A stretch of 64,000 nucleotides of DNA from the human T2T-CHM13v2.0 reference genome, Homo sapiens: the NCBI RefSeq assembly GCF_009914755.1, contig NC_060926.1; one strand, 5' to 3'. Numbering within the stretch: position 1 is the stretch's first letter; every line of letters starts with the position of its first letter. Shown one piece after another: positions 48,075 to 63,189 of this stretch. A program made the position numbers and the translations under genes. The notes beneath the pieces were generated by a model. That model saw only the letters and a list, made by a program, of their open reading frames with translations, ran no database searches and was not told the origin of the DNA.

Positions 48075-49109
48075 GAGAGAAAAGGACTGGAAGGAAATTT
48101 ATCAAAAAATTTCATGGTAGCTATCTCTATATCCTCACAGATGATTTTAATTTTCCTCTTTAAGCTCTATCTTGCGAATGTTCTACAATGAACATTACTT
48201 TTAACATTGGGAAAAAAACTTCATATACAATAACGTAAGAATTGACTTAAAAAACAACCCCTTATGACAACTATAAGTGCTGACTCAATGAGATAAGCAT
48301 AAGGATTCCAAATCGTGGGAATGCATATTAAGTGCAACTTTTAAGAATTTGTTGAGCCATCATTGTGTGTCCTATTGGAATTTATCCTGAGGACTGACCG
48401 TGTTTCATGTTTCAAAAAACAATATTTGCTTTTTATTTGCCTTTGATTTAAAAAAGCAAGGAAACGGATTTTATCAAAGTCAATCAGATAAGTGTAATCC
48501 AATTAAGGAAAATAAATTCACCCTTGACCTTCCATTACTTCAAAAAGACGCATTTTTACATCTTTGTGAAGTCTGCACAGCACACCCACGAGGACGACTC
48601 TAACTGGACTCCAAACTGTCAGGTCAAGGACACCAGATAAAGTGTTCTCAAGGGACAGGCCGGTGAGGGCTGGATCTTCAAAGGGCGTCCATAAACGCTG
48701 GGACAACGGAGAGCGTGCTCCCAGGATGATATCCAGAGCTGCTCCTGTCTCCCATGACCCTGCCAGGACCTCAGGTGGGGAAGCAACTCACATCCACGGC
48801 CAGCCCCGTCTCCTTGCCCTTTTGTCAAAAGATGGTTGCCACGGGTGCCCAAGGTATTATACTCATTGATGTTTCTAAAATCAGGGTGTCTTAAAAATGT
48901 AAAATCAACCCAAATAGATGGCCTTTCTTTGTCCTCATATTTTTTAATGAGGGTTTCTATTATAAAAATAACACTTATTTTTTCTACTTTAAACAGTACA
49001 GAAAAATATGAAACAAAAAGTAACCCCACCACTCTAGCGGCTAGAAGTAGCCATGCTGACAGTTTCTAGTGTATCCTTCCTGAAATTTCCATCCATCTGC
49101 AAATACATA

Positions 49110-49416
49110 TTTATTTTATTTATTTATTTTTTGAGACAGAGTCTCGCTCTGTCTTCCAGGAGGGAATACAGTGGTGAATTCTCGGCTCACTGCAACCTCC
49201 ACCTCCCAGGTTCAAGCAATCCTCTCACTTCAACCTCCCGAGTAGCTGGGATTACAGGCGTCCGCCACCATGTCAAGCTAATTTTTGTATTTTTAGTAGA
49301 GACGGGATTTCACCATGTTGGCCCAGGCTGGTCTCGAACTCCTGACCTCAGGTGATCTGCCTGCCTCAGCCTCTCAAAGTATAGGGATTACAGGTGTCAG
49401 CCACCGTGCCTGGACT
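49110..49416 (-). mobile_element. AluS
   Basis: Full dimer, antisense. Confidence 0.9.
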
Positions 49417-50749
49417 GCAAACATAGATTTAGTAAGTTAAATGTGTTTGTGAATATATACAATACATATATTTTAGCATATTTGGGGTTACAGTTGTACA
49501 TAGTGCTTTCAACTTGGTTTTGCCACTTAATAATAAATTAGATTTTACCCTGGCTGTATGAAACTAAAGAATCATTTCATTTACAGAAAATATATTTTTG
49601 AATACCTATTCTCTGACACACGAGAAAATGGGGAAAGTTTCGGATAAGGGAAATTCACGAACATTGAGCACACAGCATATAATCCTTGTTAATTATGGAA
49701 AGGAAAGTTTTAGGTGTAAACCAAAGTGATTTAATCAGAAGATTTAATTCTTTTGAAACAATGCCTTTCTACCTGCATTTCCATGATTGCAACTGCACAA
49801 AATCATCCCAAGTATATTTTCTCCAGACCCAATTATGTAATTGAATAAGAATGAAAAACTGTAATACCATTGGCTTGCACCATTCACTGCTTATTCATGA
49901 AATTTATATACCAGTTTCATCCTAGTACCAGGCACAGTCTTAATGGGACTTGCAGTTTACATGAGAGAGGGGGCATCTGAGTGAGCAGTGGTTACAGCCT
50001 GGAGAAATGACAGTGGCCCACACTTTGAGGTCTCAGCACCCTTCATCTGTTCACAACTCCATGAAACAGGGACAATTCTTGTCCTTATATCACAGATGAG
50101 GAAACTGACGCACAGAGAAGCTAAATGACTTGCCCAAGCTTACACAGCTATTTTGTGGGAAGCAATGGCTCCAGTTTGCATTCCTAATCATTGTGCCAAA
50201 CTGCCTGGAGGAGCAAAGTGGAGGGGCTCTCAGAGCTCAAGGAGGAGACAGAAGGAACCTGGGAGGGAACAGTCAGGGGGCTTTCATAACAAAGCACTAT
50301 CAACTTGAACAACAAAGTAGTGGGGCAGCACGGTGAGGGAAGGAAAGAGAGGAGTGAGGGTGGGGACCCTGAGCCCTTGGGCCCCATCCTGTAAGGGCCT
50401 CGGTCAAAGAGCGGGGTGAATGTTGAGACCCTAGCAGAAGCCCTGGGGTGGCTGAGAACTTCGAGGCGGTGCTCATCTTCCCACCTGGGCAGCATGGTGT
50501 GGGGCTGATGGTAGCAAAATGGAGGGGACCTGCTGGATAGGCCCCTGAGACCTGGGCCTGGTACCACCTATGCTCATGGGGGAGAACCAGCAGCCAGCAG
50601 AGCCGGGCTCAGACCCAAGAGGCTTGGATTGTGGGTGGCCAGTGCCTGGGGACACGTGGCAGAAACCATGGGCTGCAAAGGAAGTCCCCAACAGACCAGG
50701 TGGGCCATACCAGTGCAGCCATACCACATGGCTGTAGAAACCCACCAGG

Positions 50750-51197
<448 letters not shown>

Positions 51198-52057
51198 TCA
51201 AATTTCCCCATGAGAGACAGTTAACATGAAAGAGACTACTTTAAATCAGAAGAGACAGAGTCACCTATAATTGGCAAATGCAAGTCTTCCCTCCCCCACT
51301 GCTTTTTAAAATTATTTATTTATTGTCTTTTTTACTGTGAGCCATTTTTGGTGAAGATGCAAGTCTTATACCACGAGCAGGAGTGGGAGTCTGAGAACGA
51401 TGGTAGCACGGGAAAACTGGGTTTTGGTATTCTGGGTAACAGAATATGGTATTTTAAAGAACGAAAGCATTGGCATTTTTGCTGATATACTACCATTACT
51501 ATGATATATTTCTAACAGCTTTATGAAGGCCTGAGTGATATATAATAAACTGATCATATTTCAAGGATAGAATTTTATAAGTTTTGACAAATGTATGCTC
51601 TCATGAAACCATCCCCAGAAAGCAAGGAGAAAAGGGATGGAGAAAGAGGGGTATGTGCACATCAATACTGTCTGCTCAATTAACAGCAGCCCTCTGTCTC
51701 CATTCATCACTAACAGTACAGAATTTACACAACATCAAATTCCTCATTTTAAATACCCCTTCATTCAAAATATCCCATTTTGCTATAAAATATACCTGAT
51801 AAATAAGACATGGAAAGAAAACCTCACAAATGTAATCAATTCTGAATTTTTAAAAGTCATCACTTTTAAAATTGTATTGTAGGAAAAGATGGAACTCTCA
51901 GTCAAAAACATGTCATTGAAGCAAACATTCGTAAAGAAACTTTGATATAAAATTGAAGTATTATTGAGGAGATAGTGTATTAGGATCCCACATAAAGTTA
52001 ACACAAGAAGTTTATAGTAGTTTAGGTTTTTGTAAATCACTGTAAAAGTAATTGATA

Positions 52058-52590
52058 TGTATTAGATATCTATTGCTGCATAACAAGTCACTCCGAGCCT
52101 TAGCAGCTTGAAACAACAAACACATATTGTGTCATGGTTTCTGGGTGGGGAACCAGATGTGGCTCAGCTGGGCGCCTCTGCTTCAAGGTCTCTCACAAGG
52201 CTGCCATGAAAGTGCTGGCGAAGACTGTGGTCTCATCTGATGGCTCACCTGGGTCGAGGGGATCCACTTCCAAGTCTATGCCTGTGGTTGGTGGGCAGCA
52301 CTTAGTTCTCAGGCTGCTGGAGGGGGCCCTCAGCTTCTCACTGGCTGTTGCCTGGGAGCCTCCTCCAGCTCCCTGCCTTGTGGGCCTCTCCACTGGGCAG
52401 CTGACACAATGGTCGCTGACTCTGAGCCAGCAAGGGAGAAGGCAAATGAGAGAGCAGGAAAGGTGAGCAGGATGAAAGTGATATCCCATCACTCTAGCCG
52501 TATCCTTGTCTTTGGAAGTGTTACTAGGTATAGCTCACACTTCAGGGGAGGGATCACTGGAGGCCAGCTTAGAGGCTGCCTGCCACAGAT
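52058..52590 (-). mobile_element. MLT1F/G-like MaLR LTR
   Basis: tgtattagatatctattgctgcataacaa...cttagcagcttgaaacaac. Confidence 0.7.
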
Positions 52591-53005
52591 ATCTTTTAAT
52601 AGAATCTTTTTGAGAGAAAGTTTGATTTTTCTATTGCCAACATTTAAATTCTCTGGTCCTAACCACAGTTGGCGTCAGAGCATCTTGAGACCTGAAGTGA
52701 TATGATGCAATACCCCATCAAGAAAACAGATGGGCAAGCTTGCCTTCTATGGCTCCTGGGACTGATCATAACAATCTGCCCTCTTTTCTTCCCTTCTTGA
52801 AATAAAATTGATTTAAAATCTCTTCTAATTAGGTTACCATCAAAGTGTTCTGCTGTGTAGAAAAATTCTCTGATAATACCTTTTACAAACCATCTTTTGT
52901 AAACAAGTTTTAACTCATTTAACATTTCATTTAAGAACATTAAAGAACACCCTTAAATATGAATACGCCTGGAGCCTTGTCTCCAAAACTACCTATCTAC
53001 CCATC

Positions 53006-53422
53006 TGATAAAGTTTGGATGCCCCCTCCAAATCTCATGTTGAAATGTGATCCCCAGTGTTGGAGGTGGAGCCTGGTGGGAGGTGTCTGGGTCATGGGGG
53101 TGGATCCCTCATGGCCTGGTGCTGTCCTTGCTATAGTGAGTGAGTTCTTGCAAGATCTGGTTGTTTAAAAGTATGTGGCACCACCCCCTGCCGCCAACCC
53201 CGCACTCTCTCTTTGGCTCTTGCTCTTGCCATTTGACGTGCCTTCTCCTGCATCACCTTCTGCCGTGAGTTGAGTTAAAGCTCCCTGAGGCAAACAGGAG
53301 CAGATACCAGCATCATGCTTCCTGTAAAGCTTGTAGAGCCTTGAGCCAATTAAGTTTCTTTTCCTTAGAAATTATCCAGCCTCAGATATTTCTTTATAGC
53401 AATGCAAGAACCACCTAACACA
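53006..53422 (+). mobile_element. MSTB-like solo LTR
   Basis: TG...CA ends, ccaaatctcatgttgaaatgtgatcccc, 5-bp TSD ccatc (53001-53005 and 53423-53427). Confidence 0.9.
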
Positions 53423-53863
53423 CCATCATTCAAGGAGACCTGGTGGCCAGGTGTCTAGTCCCAGGAATCAGCAGCTGCCTCAAAGGATTATGACCGAGAG
53501 GGACCATGATTGAGAATCTCAAGCTTCTTACAAGTAGAGAGGCTGGCTAGATGCCAGAAGGGAAGGTTATTTCTGGGTCCCCTGACTTTTGGACAGACCT
53601 GGCCTGTGAAGTCCTGCCATCCTTGGGCTATGTCATGCACCCATTATATTCCAAGCCATGTGGTCACATAGGCACTATGTGGGCCGTTTTTCCATATTTA
53701 AAAAAATTAATTTCTGAATTCTTAGCCTTGGCATTTCACGTTTCTAAAACGAAGCCGAGAAACCTCATGACTCTATATCAATATGCTTCTGTGCTTAAAA
53801 ACATACAATAACCTCAGCCACTAAAGAACAGACTGGATATGTCACGATGTAGCTCATGTTCAC

Positions 53864-54069
53864 CTGCATTCGATGAACCAATGCCGGATCTGGTCTTGAA
53901 GGTTCTCCTTGATATCCACGCCTTCTATCAACTTTAGGTCATTCTTGATGGTAACCAGGGCTTCCCTGTAGTCCTCTTCATGCTTTATCTGCACCTCATT
54001 CCGCAGGCGGTCCACCTTTTCAGCCTGGATTACTGTAGCACTGACTTCATTAAAGAGAGGAGGTGGATT
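53864..54069 (-). CDS. IQCA1: IQCA1/DRC11 internal coding exon (206 nt, phase 0 to 2): [68 protein letters not shown](R)
   Basis: Minus-strand acceptor tattttcag|AATCCA and donor TGCAG|gtgaac. Open frame (ORF 53860..54105). Peptide recognised as IQCA1. The terminal AG joins the first A of the next exon to give AGA (Arg). Confidence 0.95.
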
Positions 54070-54777
54070 CTGAAAATATATACAAGCAACAAGGTTTGAG
54101 GTCATAAAAGTTACAGAGTTGGTAAAAATATCAGAAACTGAACAAATGTGTTAATATCTTCCATAGTGTCTAGCAAAGGCAAATAAGAAATACAAGCATC
54201 CAGAGGAAGCAAAGCTAACTGAGTGCATTTACTCAGTGTATTTAATCCAAAGTCCCTGACATAATGCTTTATGTTCTTTTGTTTTGAAGTTTTCAGCTTC
54301 AGTATGTTTGAGGTTTCTCTCCTGTCAACAACATAGATCTGGATTAAAAAAACTCAATCTGAGAATTATAGAAAAGAAAAATTTTATTCATTGTACAGAA
54401 GAAACATTTGGAGATAATCTTCTCAAGTTTTTTATCTAACACACTTTCTTGTTTTTTTTTTCTTCCTTTCCTACCTTCTGTTGGATTTATGTAGTTTTGT
54501 TCATTCTTGTCATGCAGTGGTTTAAAAATTATACATCTTATTTTAATCTTCTACTGGTTATCTTAAAATTTTAACATGTTACTTAACATCTACATTTCTA
54601 TCTGTCTAGAATTTATCATAATCTAGAGCTTCTTTGAACAAGTATAGGACCTACGCATGTGTTCACTTTTCTTCCCACAACCTCTCGTTTTATAATATCA
54701 TAGACTGCAATTAATTTTGAAAAGCAAGATATGTTTACATTTAATTATGAGATGTTCTGGTTTCTCTGTTTACCCTT

Positions 54778-55195
54778 TGCATTAGTCCATTTTTGCACTG
54801 CCGTAAAAGAATACTGGAGGGTGGGTAATTTATAAGGAAAAGAAGTTTATTTTGGCTCACAGTTCTGCAGGCTGTATGAGAAGCATGGTGCCAGCATCTG
54901 CTTGGCTTCTGGCGAGGCCTCAGGAAGCTTACAATCATGATGGAAGGTGACAGGGAGCCAGTGTCTCACGTGGTGAAAGGGAGCAAGAGATAAAGAAGGG
55001 GAGGTCCCAGACTTGTATAAACAACCAGATCTTGTGTGAACTGAGAGAATTCACTCATCACCAAGGGGATGGTGCTAAGCCATTCATGAGAGATCTGCCC
55101 CCAAGATCCATCACCTCCCACTAGGCTCCACCTCCAACACTGGGAATCACATTTCAGCATGAGATTTGGAGGGGACAAACATCCAAACCATATAA
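54778..55195 (-). mobile_element. MSTB-like solo LTR, opposite orientation to the 53006 copy
   Basis: Reverse-complement match to the 53006 LTR. 5-bp TSD ccctt (54773-54777 and 55196-55200). Confidence 0.9.
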
Positions 55196-56461
55196 CCCTT
55201 TTCTTCTTTTTTGTATTCAGTTTTCATTTTGCTGAAGTATGTCCTTGAGTGTAACTTTCAGAATGAATATGTACAGCCATAAATATTATAAGGACTAGCA
55301 TTTCTAAAGATATCTTCATTTGGCCCCTCCCACTTGAATGGCATTTTGGTAGTTCCCTTGAGGAATTCTACTTCTAATATGTAGAGTTTCCAGTTCCTTT
55401 TTTGCAAATTTAATTGTTGTTCCTTTGCAAATAAGCTGTTTCCTCCCTGAAAGTGTTTATAATGCTTTACTCTCAAGAGTTTTGAAAGTCCATCAAAATG
55501 TATGTAGGTGTAGGCATTTCTTCATTCATTGTATTCTCCTTTGGTAGGTCTATACAATATAAAGAATTGCCTTCAACTCTTCAAGTTTTCTTTCTATTAT
55601 TTCTTTTTCTCCATTTCCTTGTCTGCAATAAACATTAGATAAATGCCAGAGCACCAGATTGATCTTTCATGACTCTGAGCTTTTATATTTTCCATTTGTC
55701 TATTTGCACTAGGTGATAGTGCAAATAGGAGAAAAAAAATCACTATGGTATGGTGCAAATAGGAGATTTCTTTAGCTTTATCTTCCAGAAACAATTTGAC
55801 TTTCAGTTACGTGTATCATTTGGATTATTTAAATTTTGCAGTGGTTATTGTTTTAATTTTTGGCATACTCTTATATTCCCAGAATAGTTTCTTATTTTAT
55901 ACTTGTGCCTTCCTTATTTTTTGTGGTCACTATGGCGAACACTGTTGTGCTTCTGGTCATTAGGGCAGCCTGCACCAATAGCTAAGTGGGTGAAATCCAG
56001 GAATACTAGGGAGCTCTGGAGTAAAGAAATGTCCAAGGGTAAGAGAACAACATTAAAGTCCATTTTGAAAGCTGTGAAACAAGAATATGGCAACATTCAA
56101 GACCCTGTTTAGAAAAGACATTAGCAAAACTATAAACTTAGATCAATTACTTGGAAAAAAACATTATCTTAAAGATTCAATTCATGTCATAAACTAAAAT
56201 AAATTTTAAACGAATTAGTTAAATGTAACACAAATGTACACACACATATACACACACTCTCTAAGAAATACCTATGAACCTCTGGAGGTGGAAGGGATTT
56301 CACAATGAAGATGTCATTAAAATACAGTGTCCACTCACCCCATAAAATCAGTTAAAAGAGAAAAGGAAACCACATATATCATACTTTGTAAATATATGCA
56401 TTAGAAAATCCTAAGGAATTTGAGCCAATTTTCTAAGTTTAGTAAAATGAGAACATATAAC

Positions 56462-56750
56462 TTTTCTTTTTTGGAGACAAGGTCTCACTCTGTCACCCAG
56501 TCTGGAGTACAATGGCACAATCTCAGCTGAACCTCTGCCTCCCGGGCCCAAGTGGTCCTCCCACCTCAGCCTCCCAAGTAGCGGGAGTACAGGTGCACAC
56601 CACCACACCTGGGTAATTTTTTGTACTTTTTGTAGAGATGGGGTCTTGCCATGTTGCCTAGGCTGGTCTTGAACTCCTAGACTCAGGCAACTCGCCTGTC
56701 TCTGCCTCTTAAAGTGATGGGATCACAGGGGTGAACGACCATGCCCGGCT
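56462..56750 (-). mobile_element. AluJ
   Basis: Dimer. TSD gagaacata(t/c)aactttt at about 56449 and 56751. Confidence 0.9.
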
Positions 56751-57544
56751 GAGAACATACAACTTTTATGATGCTAGAAAAAAACCCCTAAAAATTACTT
56801 TTTAAAGTAATATAAAAGCGAATATGGAATGAGAATTACAGAATCATTTTAAAGAACAATGTTAAAAACAAATGATCATTAATTGCCCCAATAAAGGTAC
56901 TCAAAAGCATGACTTTTCTTTATATTATGTATTTTGTGTCAAAACTGAACAGTAGGAATTTCCTTTATATAATCATTAAAAATATCCAATTCTTATGTCG
57001 TCCAGGTAATGTTTTTCATTCCTCGTGCTTACATCTTAAGTGTGTAAGACAGAAGCATAAATTCATATAGAGACTTTAATCTCTCCAATGGCTAATTTAG
57101 TTTTCACGGAGATGTTAAAATGGATATCTGCAATAAATGACTCAAATTTCTTTTTGCCTCTGATGAAAGTGTAAAATTGTTTTGAAGTCTTGTATTAATA
57201 ATGTCACAATTATCTACTGTATAATGTATCATCTGATGTTGCTTTTCTCCAAATTACGTTGTTCCTGTTGCTATTTGAAGATTTCCTTCATAGATGTTTA
57301 CAGACAAACTATATTTTACCTGAGTCTTTTCTCCTTTCATCCCTAAAAATGAATGAATGAGCAGGTGACTTTGATTTGTGTCTTGTCAACAGCCCTATAC
57401 GAAGTGTCCAAGAAACTTCCTAACACTTCCACAATCCATGAGTGCAACAAAACACTCAGCTGTCATTGGATTTTCCTGATAGCCCCTTGGCATGGTTCCC
57501 ATCTTACATATTCCTGTACCGCGTTTCTTTATTCATGTCCACAT

Positions 57545-57772
<228 letters not shown>

Positions 57773-59929
57773 CACACATCTGTTATTTGAGGTAAGAATG
57801 AAGACATGACTATCCCACTTAACAGATGAGGAAACAGAGGTTCAGAACTCAGTGACTTTCCCGTCATTCCATGTTAATGAAGAATCCAGCAGTGAGGCTT
57901 CCCGGCTCCTTTAGTGCTGTGTTTCTCCTATTACACCATGCTGTGCTGTTAGTATGTGTGTATTCATGCATGTTTCTTGATATAGACTTTCTCTGACAAA
58001 AATACATTTGGGTAATTTGTGGCTCCTTTCTCCGGTTGCTTTTGAATTTAAAGGTTATAACATATTTAGGTCCTATGTTAATGAGCAGCTTTTCCTTTGG
58101 GCTAAAACATCTTTTCCTCTTTAGCAACTTTGGTCATGTGGAATTCAAATTTGTTAACTCACTGCATAAACAGCAACTCATTTAAAAATAAATTACAAAT
58201 ATTAAAGGAAGATAGAGAACACGATAGTATGCTATATATTGAAATACATCAGCTGTAGAATAATGCATCTTAATGAAGGCTTCCCATGTGAATAAACCAT
58301 TATATTTACAAGCTTTCCATAGTTAATGACCCAGAACTGGATAACGAAACCTACATTTATAGCAAGGTCCTCCGTCAGCAAAAATATACATATTAATAAT
58401 TGATGTTGCTGTAAAAATAGGACATAATGTGATGCCTCCTGAGTTTGCGGGGAAATAGGACTACATGGTCCATTAACTTAAAATGCTTATCTAATGTTTG
58501 ATGGGCTTTGTCTTTAAAAATCCTTCTTCAAATTAGTAAGAGAAAATGGACATTTGTCCAAATGAAAGTCTGCTCAATTTATCAGCTGCAAATATACTTG
58601 CAAATAAGTGACTGAATGCTGTTAACTTTCTGGGGCAGCTCGCTGTCTTGCCGGAGTGTGCTCTTCGTGGCGCTTTGTTGTTACCAAAGGTGAAGAAGGA
58701 GCAGGGTAGACATCTATTCCCAGCAAATGACCATCCTGTGAAATTTCTCGCCATCGTCAATGCAGAGATTGATGAGCACCACGGCCCCCCTGGACACCTC
58801 AGTGTTCATTAGGAAGCACTTAGAGGCGCGTGTTCGGTCAGATCATTGGGCTCGCCACATGCCCTGGGTCTAATTTTGCACATGGAAGACCTCACGCTGC
58901 GGAATGCACCGCTCCTCAGTCGGTTCATTTCAAGATCATGCGAAGAGGGAGGTGTTCTTTAGTTTGTTAAAATCAGCCATTTTGTTTCATCATTTCATTT
59001 CAGAGTAATATATCTATATTTATGTATCTGTGTTTATACAATATACCTACTCATAAAGATGAACCCAGCAGGAGAAGTGAAAAAAGATAGTACAGATAGC
59101 TAGAGCTGATGGTTTGCTTTTGCCCTCTGCTCAGAGTAAAGTTATGGTAAATCTTTATCTCAGATGCAACAATTTTAGTGGGCACAAAACTATTAAAGAA
59201 TAAAAAATGTTCTAGCCTGTTAAGCCTAATTTCTAAAAAAAATTTTAGTATATAAAAAAATTGCTTTATTAGGAACTGGGTTATAAGAGGTCTAGTTGTG
59301 CTTATAATTAAATAGTGGTGGGCTTTTCATCTGTTACTTTTGTGCACTACTTTCTTTAAAAATATATTAAACACTTTGATGGCATTTATGGTTTGCTAGG
59401 CACTATTTTAAGTGGTTGAAAAGTATTAACTCCCTTACTTCTCAACACAGCCTTATGCTACTAGGTAGCATTACTATCTTCATCTTATATATGAGAAAAT
59501 CGAGGTACACAGAAGTCAAGGAACTTGTCCAGGGTCACACAGCCAGGAAGTGGCTGGGGCTTTGGCCTGAGGCATCTATTTCTGGAGTCTCTGTTCTTAC
59601 TCTCCGTGCTTTGCTGTCTCTCTCTGCTGATAGGTTTCCTCTGACTTAAAAAAAAAACACTTTTGGGTACTATAGACCATACTTTTATAAAAAATGTGCA
59701 TTTGTAATTGTAATACTGCTGAACTACCTTGCAAAGAGGTTGGACTATTTACTCTCCCCTCACAAGAAGTGCATGACAATATCTGTGCTTCTATACCTTG
59801 CCAACACTGTAACGTTAACTTTTTTGATATTTGCTAACTTAAATAGGTAAAAGATGGCAATTTAAGAAGGACTTTTGAATTATGAATGATGTGAGCATCT
59901 AAATGCATGATTATAAGCTATTTAAAAAA

Positions 59930-60180
59930 TTAATAGCTAACACTTATGTAGTGCTTACTGCATGCTACTACTGCCAGACACTAGTTTAAATCCCTTACAG
60001 ACAGCAGTTTCTTTAATGCTTAACACAAATCTATGAGCTAGGCGTTATTACTACCTCCATTTTGCATGTATAGAAACTGTGACACAAAGGGGTCAAGGTG
60101 CCAGCCCAAGTTCACACAGCTAGAAAACAGTCGGATTGGAATCTGAACCCAGGCAGGTTGGCTCCAGGGTTCTTGACCTT
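59930..60180. mobile_element. MIR
   Basis: aatagctaacacttatgtagtgcttact...ctccattttgca...gaatctgaacccaggcagg. Confidence 0.7.
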
Positions 60181-63100
60181 AGCGGCTTTAATCTGATGCA
60201 TTAGAGCACTTTGCAATGAGCCCTCATATTAGATAAGTAAACACAGATGTCCTGCCCTAGAATGTAGACAAAAGATTCCTGGGCTCAGGGGACAAACAGG
60301 AGGGTAAGGAAGAGAATTATTTTCATCATTTAGTCTCTGATGATCTGGAGACCTGAGACAAGAATAAAACTGCATCCCAATACAAAGAAAAAACTAAAAA
60401 TAAAACCAGAGGTTCCCAAGTAACTAGATTGCAAAATCCCACGTAATAGAAAAGAAAATGGTGACTTTTCCTTTTTTTCCCCAAAGCCTCCTAGAGTGGC
60501 CTTTTGAAACCACAGATGCTTCCAGGCGTCCTTCTTGAAATTCTAATCTCCTCACTCAGGTGTCTGATGGCCCTGAAGACACAGTTGTATAGGATGCACT
60601 GCTTGTGTTTGCAAACTTTTTGCTGGTGCAACAACACAAGCTGTGTGCACAGGTAGCACCATTTTTGCCTCCACAATTCCCCCCTGCAGCTAGCTATGGT
60701 AGACGCAGGTGAGATTTAAACCCTATGGGCTACTCCAAACCCTTTGCTTTACAGGATCATATTTTTAACAGACTACATTTTCAGTTCATAACTTCAGCAG
60801 TATATGATGACAAAGGCCAGGACGTTTTATAGTTGAAACTCAGTTGCACATGTATTTTACACAACAATCTATTTATTTTGAATAGTTTGTGTTTTGTTGC
60901 ATGAAAAGTTATAGTTGTTGATAGTTTTCCACTGTATAAAATCAGTCAGATATCGTGACAACATACTATAATTTTTCAAGATAATTAATATCAGCCAGCA
61001 TTCCATAATGGCATATCCTATCCCAAGCTCCAGGCTAGACCATTTTCCTTCAATCTGTCATAAGGGCCTCCTAACAGCATCTCTGTGAAATAGGTAGCAC
61101 TCTCCAGCCCCTACAGAAGAAGAAACTGAGGCTCACTGGTTAAGTATGTCACTCAAAATCCTTCCATTGGCAAACTGCAGAGCTGGGCTTTGAGCCTAGC
61201 TCTGTCTGCCTGGGAAGCGCACACTCCCAACTGTCCCCCAATCCCATGCCTGGTTCTCCCTCAATGCAGGGGAGCAGGCCTTCAAAGCTGGTGCCTGGAA
61301 ACTCACACTCGTTTCCAAGGTGCTGCTTCCTTCCCAGGACATGTAGGGAACAGCCCTTTTGCATTTAAAAAGTGTAACAAAACAAAACCAAAGCCAAACA
61401 AAATCCCACAAATCACAGCAAATGTATTTTTTGAGAATAATATTTTTTTAAATAAAAATAATCAAAGATCATCTGCAGCAAATATGATGAATAATGCACA
61501 TGACCAAGCTAGACTACATAGTTTCATTTCATTTTGAAATGAAAGTGTGATCATCAAAGAGCATTTCATTTAGATTCTTTGCTCACTTTGGCTTTGACAG
61601 CAATTCCCAAAGAGGAACCCCATGTTCTGAGGGCAACAAAAGCACAATTACAATATGCACAGAGCTTTCCCAAACAGAGTCTCGGGAGAGGGCCACGCTC
61701 ATTTGGGCGCCCAAGCTCGTACTTGAGGTTAGTTGTTAATAAGAAAGAAATTGAATGTATTGGCCAAAAAATAATTTAGAATACAGCTTGCCTCACGTTA
61801 GAATGGGAAAGTGAACAGGGTTTTACGATGCTTTTAGGATTCAGTAGATGCGTTTAAAAGTGACAGGTCTTCCTCTTTAATAAGTGTTTCCCCAGTGTTC
61901 TTTATTATAATGCAAACACTGATAGCTTCAGGGTAACATAAAATATATGATGGTCATGACTGTAGGACAAATTATTTCAAAGGGATCCACAAAATGAAAT
62001 GTATTACAATCATTAAGTTTCCTTCTACTTGATCCACTCCATTGGCTCTGCCAATTAAAATAACTGCACATAAATTTTTAGAGTGCTATTTATTTTTCTT
62101 TGTAGATTTTAGAATATAAATATTTAAAATGACAATATCCAAAAAAAAAAAAATTTATATGACAATGGTAAGAGAAACATTCGGTCAGGAATTGAATGCA
62201 TGATGATGTCTCTTGCTCTAATTCTGGTTTCAGTTACTAAATAGTCACTCCTAGAAATATGCCAAGCATCTCCTAAAGATACAAATATGGTTTTGATCAG
62301 ATAAGTCAATGATTTCTACATTGGTATAGTGCAACAAAATGAAATCATAAAAAATAAATTTTAAAATGAGTAGGTAATATCTTAACCAGTGATATAGTGG
62401 AAAATATATTCAATTGCAAACATTTCTTTGATTTAGGGTGATAGATTTTGGATTTTTAAAAATGGTTTCCAGCCAGTGAACAGAAGACAACATTCTTTTA
62501 AAAACTGAATCCATATATCTCTCAATGGTGTACAATTTCAATAGAATATGTAATGCCAAGTGAAGACACACTCAAAAAAAAAGCAAACTGAAGAAAGTCA
62601 CATTGAATACAAAACAGACGTTATTCTCTTTATACTATTCAAACTGTATTGCTGAAAAAATTAATACAAACTTCATTCATTTGAGCTGAGTACATGTAAA
62701 CTACAAAGTAACACTAAAATAAAGTTAAAAGCATGTAATTCTATCTTTGTATGGTATCAGTGTAAGCTAGTAAGACTTTAGCATGAACAAACTGTGTTTA
62801 GCCATTGCCTAAGTTTCTGGTGTGTGGCACAGCATAGGTGTTCAGTAAATGTAGACTGAATTAAATAAAATGGAACTCTAATTAAATAGAAGTTGTTGAA
62901 TCCCAACTGATTCTAAAGTAAAATTTCATGTTAAACTTAGACTGTACTAGATTAAATCTTTTGACTTCTAATTTAATTTTTAAAGTAGAAAACTGGACAT
63001 AACAATTGTTTTCATCATTACATTCTATATCCATGTGTATTTTACGGGTGTTGAACAGAGAAATACTGACATATCATCATGTACCTACCTATCCATATAC

Positions 63101-63189
63101 ACCAAACAATCTGGAGATCTTAGGGGAAAAATTTATGAAACTCTACTGCCATTTAATATTACTTTTTTTGTTTTGTAAAATGTAGTACT

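Noticed and set aside
47634-48191. Six overlapping Tyr/Ile/Thr-rich ORFs
   Set aside because: Artefact of the stop-free (TATACG)n repeat.
58551-58610. Plus-strand peptide ICPNESLLNLSAANI, faintly like the IQCA1 AAA motif (ICTETGANLFNLSSSNI)
   Set aside because: Wrong strand, immediately followed by a stop, no clear splice sites; most likely chance.
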